DNA of 64,000 nt from NCBI GenBank assembly GCA_030704615.1, contig CM060733.1:64356001-64420000 (forward strand), read 5' to 3'. The notes beneath the pieces were generated by a model. The model ran no database searches, was not told where the DNA came from, and saw only the letters and a list, made by a program, of their open reading frames with translations. The translations under genes and the position numbers were made by a program. How positions within the stretch are numbered: position 1 is the stretch's first letter; every line of letters starts with the position of its first letter. This document shows, piece by piece, positions 1 to 10,232 of the stretch. The stretch is from Takakia lepidozioides (lineage: Eukaryota > Plantae > Bryophyta).

Positions 1-330
1 GGGAAGACACGGCCGTGGTGGTTGGTGACGACGTAGCTTTAGCAAATCATCGGACACAGGGAGAATTGGACAAAAATGTTGAGATACAGCGCATGATCCA
101 AGAGACCTTTCAGATCATAGACACATCTGAAACTGGAAATGGGGCAGAAGTGGAATTAGATGACCTAGATGTTCCCGGTGACACGAACATCCCACCAGAA
201 GCCCATGACCCGGTTGCGGGTGGGGACTCTCACACTGATGATCCCATCTCATTGGAAGAGGCATGTCTACCTTTATATGAAGGTTGTAAATCCTCTAAGC
301 TTGCATCCACCATGCTTCTAATGAATCTAT
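1..330 (+). pseudogene. Outer CACTA (En/Spm) TnpD transposase, N-terminal part, interrupted at 330 by the inner CACTA
   Basis: ORF 15.. encodes LEEACLPLYEGCKSSKLASTMLLMNL, typical of the TnpD N-terminus. Removing 331-10232 rejoins it in frame to CATHGVTNGFADEMFSLL at 10233. Confidence 0.85.
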
Positions 331-1110
331 CACTAGAAGCATTCGTGTCTTTTCCGATTCGACTGCATGTCCGCGACCACTCCGGGAACCACTTGGTAGT
401 AAACGAGACTACTGGAGAGTCGAAACAGACAATGTGGGCCCACGGGGGCATTTCAGACGGCGGACAGAAGTGGGGTCAACGACTCCGGAGTCGTAGCAGA
501 ATTCCGGGCTATTTTACGAATTGCGTAAATACATAAAATTTGAAAAAGCCAAAATTACAAGTGTTTGTAATTACTGCACATGCGACTACAAATTTTCTTT
601 CCTAATTCGATTAATGGAATAAAGATATTTATTCATTAAAGTGAATATGTAGTCGACTCAACGACTCCATGAACCACTGCGCATTCATTGCACCCATGAC
701 TCGGCAGCACATTTGCTGACGTGGCTTTCAAAAAAAGAGGTAAACAAAATGTGGCCTTGGGGGAATAGATATTTTAATACGTGCTACCTCCACCTGGCAG
801 AGACAAGGATGCAAGTGCTGCGTCGGACATGGCGGGACGTGGGAATGGAAATCCTGACACGGCAAAGCCTTCGTATACTGTGAGCGCGCGTAGTGGCTTC
901 TCAGAACGGTATGACATCGGGGTCTTGGTCATTCATCATTTACAGAATGTGCTGGATGGAGGCACGATGGAGCGCGCATACGGGCATGCCCTTCTGGCAT
1001 CAATTCCCAAGTATCCACGCAAGGTGAGGCTGCTGAATTGGGTTTTTGCCCGTCTAGTTTTCTGACAGCATGCTCGAAAGGTTCATAGTGCCATTGAGTG
1101 GCATCGCAAT

Positions 1111-1813
1111 AATTTGATGTGTAGCTGCTTTTCCATTTCACAAGTTATGCAGAAGGCGTCACAGAAGAAGATCGCAAAGACGTCAAGGCTGAAGAATATG
1201 CCCTTTGGTTGTGAACTACAATCATATCATGCCAAACCCCATTTTGCCCACGCAGATGAGGGAGACATTATGCATTTGCGAGTGGGACTTAATTCCTCTA
1301 AACCCAGCTTGAAGGCAGTTGTGACACCAGAGAAACTGGAAACTACCTCCAAGAAAGTTGAAACTCGCAAGATAGTCATGTATTCGTCTCATTATCTCCA
1401 ACTGGGATTCCGAGTTATCATCCGACCCTTTACATGTGTGCTGGAATGGAGTATAATTCTGGTTTAGGCAGTTATTGCCACCAGACGTTCGCTTCTCCAA
1501 TTTTTACATTTAAGGATGTGTCTGTGTTTATGGCACTCTTTCTCCCAAGGAGGCCTGAGTACCCCCCTGTACTTGCAAGAATTTGATGTGTAGCTGCTTT
1601 TCCCTTTCATAAATTATGAAGAAGCAGTCACAGAAGAAGATCGCAAAGAGGTCAAGGCTGAAAGCGTTCATTAAGGTTGTGAACTACAATCATATCATGC
1701 CAAACCAGCGGCGGCAGATGGTGTCATGAGACATTCTGCGATTTGCGCATAGGTGGACTTAATTTTGATGTTGACTTGAAGGCAGTTGTGACACCAGTGA
1801 AACTGGAAACTAC
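1111..1813 (+). repeat. Diverged direct repeat (~235 bp, two copies ~469 bp apart) inside the inner CACTA
   Basis: AATTTGATGTGTAGCTGCTTTTCC...TCACAGAAGAAGATCGCAAAGA...GTGAACTACAATCATATCATGCCAAACC...AAACTGGAAACTAC occurs at ~1111-1346 and ~1580-1813. Confidence 0.85.
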
Positions 1814-2646
1814 AGGTTAGATGATGGCGTGCTGCATCGCGATATAAACCTGCATTTGACATTCCGGCTTAGGATTCATGCAATTTGGTGCTAGTCAGGC
1901 CTGCACAGTTCCAGAGCACAAGTTGGAGCCCATCCGAGGGATGGGGACCTCGTAAGTGCTTCTTCATTTTGTACTCACCTTGTTTTTGCATCGCACTTGT
2001 GCTACAAGGGGCAAAGCCATTCATTTGGCTGGAGGTTCAATTCCTCTACAAGTGAGTTATTCCCATGTCACTACAACCAGTTAGATGTGTTTGTGGTGGT
2101 TGCTAGATTTGCGGCTCTGGGGTGTCTTGCCAAGTGCTTGCAGGGATCAACGTTAATGTGGACGTGGCAGTACATGTAGCAAAAAAACTCATTCGCTGGT
2201 GAAGAAGACCATGTTGCAACATATGTCATGCTATTGCTTCGAGAGTGCTGCTGTTGGGCAGGTGGGAGAATGCAACAATGGTGAGAAGGAAAGCAAGGGA
2301 AGCACAAAAAGGTGTCGTTCGGTCCTGCTCCTTTGGAGACACCCCCCCATTCCACTGGTCTTTGTTCTTGTAAAGCATGCAGCTGGGCCAGAAAATGCAT
2401 GCACACATTCACGTCTACTTCTTGTACATGAAGACGATCCTCTCCTCACATGTCAGAAACAATATTGGCAGAACAAAAAAAGGTTTGTTCACAAGACATT
2501 ACGGACCACATACCGGGACATTATCGATACTATTAACTGTCTCGCCCTTGCGCGCTTGCAGGATTGTACAAAATGGGTTCTAAGGACAGTAAGAGTCCTT
2601 AGCATAGCTCTCGTCTACGAGCTGCTGGCTTAATGGACACTGAGAT

Positions 2647-5107
2647 TCAGCTGGGCTCACTATCTATATCCAAATAATCTTCCCCTTCACTACCCACATC
2701 TGCAATTTGCCTTGCGGTAATTACCAACCCTGGAATGTCTTCCTCATTAAAGGTAACTGCTCCTTCCAAAGAGACTGGTTCGGCCGTATCTGGTAGATTT
2801 CGTGGTTCCCTCAGACCCTCGTGGTCAGCATTCTCCCCTAGGTCCAGATCATGGACGTCGGCCACGACTCGTTTGGCCGGGGGGTCCTTGTGAAGAACCA
2901 CCTTCCATCCCGGCGCATGGGTGTCATCTGAAAATAAAACTTGCTCAACTTGCGATGGGAAGATGAATGGCTCTTCATCTTGTGGTAGCATTTTTCTGAA
3001 ATCAGCACGGAGGAACCCGTACTCATCCCGTTTCATGGTGGCATTCTCTCCTACCATATTGGCTTTTACCCAAGAACAACGGAATAGAATTGGCTTCACA
3101 AGACCATAGTCTAGTTTAAGGATCTCTTTGATCACTCCTACATATTGCACATGGCATGAAATTGGATTATGATCTCGTGCACAGCTCCTACTCTCTTGTT
3201 CAAAAAATGATGCCACTCCGCTGTCATAAGTCACCAGGAGGCTGGTGTTGGCATCGTCCACTCTATAGTGATTGCCATATGCTTTCATTGACCGGTACGA
3301 AGTGGCAATCAGCCCTGGGGGGAATGACAGACTCACCATGCCCTCATCTGGGTCCTCGTTCTCTGATGCGTACACTGCAATTGCAGATCTGACCCACACT
3401 GTAAAGGGCTGCAGCTCCTCCATTGTTTTGGGGTACTCCACCGGGGATCTGCGCCTACAACCGCCCCTCCGCCATGCTTTTGCAAATGCACTCCGTTCCG
3501 TTTTCAGGCGGACCTTCTCCGCTGCGTACTTTCTGGCAGAAACCAAATAGAAGCTGCGACTCAGTCCCCCTGACCAACACCGTGCTGTACATGCATGCCA
3601 CATGCAGAGTGTGTGTCCTTTCAAGCACACTGTAGTGATGCAGCCTACTTCATAATCACTTGCAAGCAACAACCAAGATCTACGAAACACCCTCTGTAGT
3701 CGTCTGAAGCACCTTGTTAGTACACGATCCCACTCCCATAGTGGCCGAAATGACTTGTGACAATATATATGTAATTCCAGCATACAAAGACCATTAAGAA
3801 TAGCACAGGAGGGATGTAAGTTGGCACCCACTATCTCCATGGTGTCATGGTTGTTGTGTTGTTCAGCACATAATCATGTGCCACATCCCGAAGGTGCGGG
3901 CTCATGGCACGCTTTGTTCCACCACCTTCTAGGACCTCGCCTACAACTCCTTCTTCCTCGTTCTCGTCCCACACCCATCGTTGTACTGCATCAAATGAAG
4001 ACATATACTCTGTCATGAAGCCCAGGGCTTCGTCGCGGATGTAGCCCTCCGCCATACTCCCCTCTGGCCGTGCCATGTTGCGTACATACCCCTTCAGATC
4101 CTTCATGTACCTCTCCATGGGGTACATCCACCGTCTGGCTACGGGCCCACACACATGCAACTCCTCTACAAGATGCACTAGCAAGTGTGTCATGACGTCA
4201 AAGAATGATGGAGGGAATTCTTTCTCCAGCAAACATAGGGTCATAGCCACATCCTCATGCAACGATGTAATGTCCCTCGGATCCCACACCTTCGCACAAA
4301 TCTTCCTAAACACTCGACTTACACGCATTATGGCTGTTCGAGGACCTGGCGCCATCGTACCCCGAATGCACACTGGCAAAATCTGTTGCATCATCACGTG
4401 TAGATCATGTGACTTCATCCCCGACCATTTCTTGTTTATGGCATGTTTTTGGAAAGCACCCGAGAATCCGGTTGGCACTTTCATGGCTCCCAATGTCTTC
4501 AAAAAATCCTCTTGCTCTGATTTGGTCAGGACGTATGATGCTGCTGGCATGAGCACTTTGCCTGGTCTATTTGGATCAGGCCTTAGCCACAGATGTGACC
4601 GTATCCCTTCAATCTCCATGTCATTTCGTACGTTTATCGTATCCTTCTCCCCAAAAATAGTCTTCAGAATGTTCTCGCAGAAGTTCTTCTCACAATGCAT
4701 GGGGTCCAGGAGGTACCGCTGCAAGAGGTTCTGAAATGCCAAATGTCCTCCCATGAGACCAAGTTCTATGGGCAAAAAAAGTAGAATATGTGGCAGAAGT
4801 TGTCCATGTTACTACATTCTGCTTTCAACAACTCCACGATCCTCTCCACAATGAGGTGTACGACTTCAACATCTACTGCATAGTAGTTACACTGACTTAG
4901 GAGTTGGTGGAAGGACTCCTGACAGTAAAGGTAATTCCAGGAAGCACAATGTGAAAGAAAGTGAGTGAATGGGGGGGGGGGGGGGGGGATTCATGCACCT
5001 TCCAGTATGGCAAATCCCAAAGGATTGTCCGGCGCTTCACCCCGTGCTCCATGGCTGGATCCGCACTACTTCCGTCTCTCCCTCCAATCTCCATGAATGC
5101 CTCCCTG
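2647..5107 (-). pseudogene. Inner CACTA TnpD C-terminal half (DUF4218 + DUF4216 regions), 5'-truncated, with introns
   Basis: Motifs HGVKRRTILWDLPYWK, YLLDPMHCEKN, GMKSHDLHVMMQQILP, EFPPSFFDVMTHLLVHLVEELHVCGPV..RWMYPMERYMK.LKGYVRN.ARPEGSMAEGY and YVGVIKEILKLDY...LFRCSWV...EPFIFPSQVEQV. The intron after LPYWK is at the same position as in the outer copy. Confidence 0.9.
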
Positions 5108-5649
5108 AACATGGTTTTCAATTTGTGTCATGGGGGAGGACATCATGGAAAAACCTTCAGGTCTACCACTGTGTGCAGAGGGACTAGTTTTTAGGTCAAG
5201 GAAATGTTGCTTTGTCACGTCATTGCACCTGCGTTGGAGTACGCATTTGCTATATGCGTTGGTAACTCCAACGAGGCTAGGTCTGCAATATCCTTTCAAT
5301 TGAATTGTGTCTGCACCTGTGTTTACCAACATTGAGAGTCTTTAGGCCTTTTGGGGCTCCGTTGCTGGGCTCTGCCATACAGCCATTTGCTGATTGTGTG
5401 AATAGATGTCCACTGGATATGTGCAAAACCCGGATGGATGTTCTGTTTCCTGGTAAGTTTCATGTGGTACTGATGTGAACCCGCCCACATTCTGTTTCTT
5501 CACCAATGAATGGGCTTACATGTTATGAGGACATTCTGTCCCTCTCCTTTTCAGTTTTTGGCACTTGCGCTGCAGGGGAGTGGGTTTGAGGTCAGCCAAT
5601 CCATAGTTGTGGTTGTGGGATGGTTTGTGCTCTGGTGACGTTGTGTTCA

Positions 5650-6445
5650 GTAGGACTACAGCTGATGCACCTTGTGTGTGGGATGTCTTTGCCAACCAAC
5701 ACCAACCTTGGCACCCACCCCCTGCCGGATGGTCTCCACAACAGAGTGCACCATGGGGAGCCCCCCCTGCTTCGGGGTCGTGGCGTTGACTTCCTGATGT
5801 TGCCACGTCACAATGGGGGCCTCCCACATCTCCATACGGCCCTCCCCCCTCCGACACACATCAGTCACCCCCCACAAATGACGGCGCTGCTCCAGAGCAT
5901 GGGGGCAGGAAACGGACATCAGAGCTGAGGAAGGAACGACGTCATGCCATGAAACAATGGGAAGGAGATGGAGAGGGAAGGGTGGCTGCAGGGCTAAAGC
6001 GCCACAAGGTGGAGGTGCATGGAAATGGAGTCATCAATGCTGGCTGCGAAGGTAAGGAACACTGGCAGCGTGATTTGCGTGGCCTGGCATTGCGTTACCT
6101 TGACTCAAGCGTACAAGACATTGACCAGCAGTCCCAGAGTGCCATGTCAACAGTAATAGAGGGCATAAATGGAATGTACGAGTACACACCTATGCCAATC
6201 GTGATTTTATAGTGAAGCAATGTGGGAAGATAATGAAAGGAGAAAGAGCAAAACTGAAAGATAAATGGGCGAAGACTGGTGTGAGGCCAATGAACACTGA
6301 ACCCGCCTATTGGGATAAGCTTGTTGCCTACTGGGAGTCCCCTCGTGGACTTGCAAAGGCTGAAGGGATGAAGCAAGCACGTGCTTGTGTTACGAACCCC
6401 TCGCGTTGGGGCCGGGCAGGAGTTGCAGGCCAAGTAGCCCGTTTG
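5650..6445 (+). pseudogene. TnpA-like (Ptta/En/Spm plant transposase-type) coding region with a premature stop and a frameshift
   Basis: Pro-rich leader, then ...WDKLVAYWESPRGLAKAEGMKQARACVTNPSRWGRAGVAGQVARL, which resembles the W..LV.YW...A...K.AR motif of CACTA TnpA/Transposase_24. Confidence 0.6.
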
Positions 6446-6926
6446 GTAATCTCCCTCACCCCCTTCTCATTGCTCTTACGTTGTGGCATGTTCTGATGGA
6501 AGAGACACCCACGAGTGGGTTTTATTGCTTGTGCAGAATTAGTTGTTATGTGATATGCAGGGCAGTGCTTTGTCCATATGCTCCTGGCATTTTGTACTGA
6601 CAGTGTGTGGATGGGCAAATACAGAAAAGACGCAAAGCGCGGAGCCCGTCACTGTCCGAGCTCGGGGCGGAGTGCAAGAACGCTGCGACTGGCACCCCAT
6701 CAGAGTCTGTTTTGAGCCAGGTATGTTTTGAAGTCCGGTTTCCATTCATGAATCTGTTGTTGTACTAAGATTTGGTGGGTATGTGGGGCCCCCACGCATG
6801 GTACACGAGGGGTGTTATGCCAAACCTAGCCATCTCCGAATGCCTGAAATCCTGCACATTCGGCCTCTTCTTTTGGTTTTTAACAGTACGGGTGGGTGTT
6901 TGTATGCGTAGGGAGCGGGGAACTCA

Positions 6927-8081
6927 ATGGCAGCCCGCATCGGGGCCCTGGAGAGGCTTGCGGCTCTCTCTGCGGAGCGGGAGAGGGGAATGGAAGCACC
7001 ACTGAAGAAGATAGTGGAACTCATGATGGAGCAAAAAAGGGGTGTGACGGGTGGCATTATGGAAGACCCCCCTGCTGCGACCATTGTACCTGACAAGGAG
7101 GAAGTAATTGTAGTGGGTAGGGATGTGACAGAGGTCCGGGCTGTTGTTGATGATATTCACAGTGGGGGGCAGGGTCCACTCGTTGAAGAGGGAGAGGTCC
7201 AGCAAGTTGGTGGGGATGACATGGACGATGGGGGGGTCATTGCTCATGATGGGGGAAAAGGGGAAGCTGTAGGGGGAGAGGGTGGTAGTTTGCCTGGTCC
7301 AGGCTGCAGGGGGACCGAAACTTTGCCCTCCGGGGTGATTGTTGTCTCCCAACCTAGTGAGGTGAGACCCCGTGACACCCCTTCAAAAGCTCCTTTCATA
7401 GAAAAGTTGAAACTAATTGTTCTAGACCTGAACGGGATCCTGTGTCACTCTATTCCTAACTTTCAGCCCAACCCGAGGCGTCATTGGCCATGGGTGTTGA
7501 CCACCAACAAGTATGTTTTCCCAAGGCCCCAGGTCTGCGAGTTTTTAAACCTTCTCTTCCGGTATTTCTACGTTGGGATATGGTCATGTGCTTCCAAGGG
7601 GAATGTTGCAGACATCTTCAAAGTGGTCATGCAGGGGGTCAAGGGTTCTCCCCTCTTTGTGTGGTCACAAGAGGAGTGTGACCTCTTGACAGAGCCACAC
7701 CCCACAAAAGGGCCTGCCGTACAGAACTTACAGAAGAGACTGTCGAGGGTGTGGTCGGAATTTTCTGGATTTAACGAATCCAACACCCTCCTAGTGGATG
7801 ATTCACCACACAAGGGGAGGGGGAACTCCCCTTTGAACATGGTCCATCCATTGTTGTTTGATGTCACTGGCAATGTCAGTGAGGGGCCCGATTCAGACTA
7901 CCTTTTAGAAACAGTCTGGCCCTACTGCCAAGATTTGTTTTGCTCCAAGGATGTGCGTGTCTTCACAAGCACGCGGAAGCTGACCCCGACTGGCAGCTTG
8001 AATGTGAGAGAGGATGGGGTCGTTGGGGAAAGTACTTCTGCGCCCATGCAGGTGAAACTAACTTTACTGTTTGCAACATGA
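6927..8081 (+). CDS. FCP1/NIF-homology (HAD-superfamily) phosphatase-like domain exon carried inside the CACTA
   Basis: Uninterrupted 384-aa ORF with KLIVLDLNGILCH (motif I, DLNG variant), RPQVCEFL..LF.YFYVGIWSCA (motif II), LFVWSQEEC, K-RLSRVW and SNTLLVDDSPHKG..N (motif IV). Probable donor CAG|GTGAAA near 8051. Confidence 0.8.
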   Translation: MAARIGALERLAALSAERERGMEAPLKKIVELMMEQKRGVTGGIMEDPPAATIVPDKEEVIVVGRDVTEVRAVVDDIHSGGQGPLVEEGEVQQVGGDDMDDGGVIAHDGGKGEAVGGEGGSLPGPGCRGTETLPSGVIVVSQPSEVRPRDTPSKAPFIEKLKLIVLDLNGILCHSIPNFQPNPRRHWPWVLTTNKYVFPRPQVCEFLNLLFRYFYVGIWSCASKGNVADIFKVVMQGVKGSPLFVWSQEECDLLTEPHPTKGPAVQNLQKRLSRVWSEFSGFNESNTLLVDDSPHKGRGNSPLNMVHPLLFDVTGNVSEGPDSDYLLETVWPYCQDLFCSKDVRVFTSTRKLTPTGSLNVREDGVVGESTSAPMQVKLTLLFAT

Positions 8082-8829
8082 CATCGAAGCCAAAGTCCAT
8101 GTTTGTTTTGTTCCCCCCGGATGCCCTCTCACGCAAGGCTGGCACTATATGGTTTGCAGGGACCACATGTACAGGGAGTGGCAGTGGGGTCGAATGTGAA
8201 GAAGGTGGGTCCTGCGCCTACGACCATAGTGCTACGGCGGCAACATTCCGGATTCCCCCCCCCCGGCATGAGGAGGCAACGCCCAAGGTATGGTTGTTCC
8301 CAGCCCCTCTCCGCAAACTTACTTGGTTGGTTTCCTTTATGGATACACTTCCTGAAGCGTTGCAATGTGTATTCATTGCAGGTGAGCAAGAGGAGTGGGC
8401 TGTCCCCGGCACCATCATCGCAGCAGGTCGTGGTTCCCTAGGCATGCATTCATGGCTCCTTGCTTTGCCTGGCTGGTTTTTAGTAGGGGTTATTTTTGCC
8501 AGGAAGTTGTAGTGCTAGGGTCTGAGCAGGGTGTTTGTTAGCTTGCTCCGTGGAGGTGTGTTTATACCATTGCAACCACCAGAGTTCATGTTATTCTTAT
8601 CCGTCTGACTAAACCTCTTTTTGCTGCTGCAGTTGAAGACACGTGGGCAGCTTTCCTCAGTTGCCACCCTCAGCGACGAGCTTCGCTTCAAGGTACGTTG
8701 GTACACCGTGAATTGGCTGCTAATTCAGTATTGTGGCAACCAAGATCGTTTCCATGCCCAGCTGCGCTTGACTTTCACCCTATCATTGCTATGTTTGTTG
8801 CTGAGTGGACCCTGATGTTGGTGTCTGCA

Positions 8830-9115
8830 AATATCAGATCCTGTGTTTCTCCTGAACCCCCATGACAAGCGGTCAAAGACAGCCGCCGCCAAGGCGGAAG
8901 TGGTGGGAATAGCCGGGGTTGACAAGTTCCACTGCAAGGACATTCGATCCGGGTGGTACAAGGTGAAAGTCCACGAGATCATGCTTCCAAGTGTTACATT
9001 GCCTTGCCCAAATGTGGACGATGCCCCCCCCCCAAGACCACACTAGCGCACGTGAAAGGCACGGTGACTCTGTGGCCAGAGAAGAGTATGAGGAAAGGTG
9101 AAAGTATCAAGTGAC
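8830..9115 (+). pseudogene. C-terminal Tnp1/En/Spm-like domain exon (frameshifted)
   Basis: VFLLNP...AKAEVVGIAGVDKFHCKDIRSGWYKVKVHEIMLPSVTLPCPN..., then TLAHVKGTVTLWP, resembling the C-terminal domain of CACTA TnpA-like proteins. Confidence 0.5.
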
Positions 9116-10232
9116 ATTTCATGTTTGTAGTCCTTGTTGGGTGTGTAATGATACTCATAGAAGTGTGTGTGATACTCACGTTACCAATTTTGAACATTTG
9201 GGCCATGACAGTTTAAGTGATGTCCGACAACCATGTATGTTGGCATTTAGTCTTGCTCATATGCAGATGTGCCGTGACGGTCTCTAATTTGAATGTAATA
9301 TCACATTTCCTGACTTGTCGTCGTGTCCGTCCACCTTCTATGTGTATGTGTGATGGTCTTTGGTCTCCCTGTTGCCTCGTCTACTTGGTTCATTAGCGTG
9401 ATGTTGTGCATGCATCGTGGTCTGTGTTCTCAGTCTCGCCCAGTATCATTGCTTCTCAATTCCCCCTGCATATGGGTGAACCACTAAAACCAGTAGAATG
9501 CATCAGAACCATATTTTCAGCTTAAAATGCAGGTCAGTTGGAAACTCACACAAACCACTACAAGTGCTCATTTTTCGTGCTTTCCTACTGTAGTGCAACC
9601 AACTAGCACAGTGGCAGCGGAGTTGGCCAAAGCAGTCCCGAGATGGCACAAGCACTCTGCGTCTTTCCACTAGCAGTCGTACCCGTCACTGCCATTGCGT
9701 GGGGACGACGCCACGCGTCGACCCACACACTCTCCACGTGGTCCCCGTGGATTCGTCTGCCGGAAGTTATGCAGTTGACTTCGCCAGTGGCTGTTGCGAC
9801 GTCACATGCAGCACTCCAAGTGATGTGGCCGACTGCGATGTGGCGTCTTGGGCCCGTGGCCACGCAGCAGCATTGCCGCTCGTTGCGGCGCCGCCACATC
9901 GGCATCCACGTCCGCGTCCATGTGTCACCGCGCCCCGGGTGAGTCAGTCCACTCATCCGGAGGAAAAAGTCAAAGTCAGCCCAAAAGGTCAGACACACGG
10001 GCGGCCCGCCTGGTTATGCCACGTGGTTCTTTAGCATTAATCGCATTAATCGCTGAGCAGTTGTTCGCGCGTCTGCGTCCTTTACCACTCCAATCATTGG
10101 ATGTCCAACCCAACTACCACGTCTGTTGTAACTAGTCTGTTGTAACTTCCAGTCGATCCCAGTTTTTTGACTTTTACGACTCAAAATGAGTCGTTGCCCC
10201 AGTGGTAAATGACACGAATGCTTCTAGTGTAT

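Larger units (their letters stand above)
331..10229. mobile_element. Inner CACTA DNA transposon (9.9 kb) with perfect 19-bp TIRs and 3-bp TSD TAT
   Basis: CACTAGAAGCATTCGTGTC at 331-349 and its exact reverse complement GACACGAATGCTTCTAGTG at 10211-10229. TAT at 328-330 and 10230-10232. Short subterminal CGACT/AGTCG motifs at both ends. Confidence 0.95.

Noticed and set aside
4075-4734. 219-aa plus-strand ORF, and similar ORFs at 17171..17830, 39241..39699, 43643..44188 and 40911..41498
   Set aside because: These are antisense shadows of real coding sequence on the opposite strand.
9690-10030. Cluster of CACGTG/GCCACG G-box-like motifs as a stress-responsive enhancer
   Set aside because: They lie in the CACTA subterminal region, where short reiterated motifs are expected, and there is no functional evidence.
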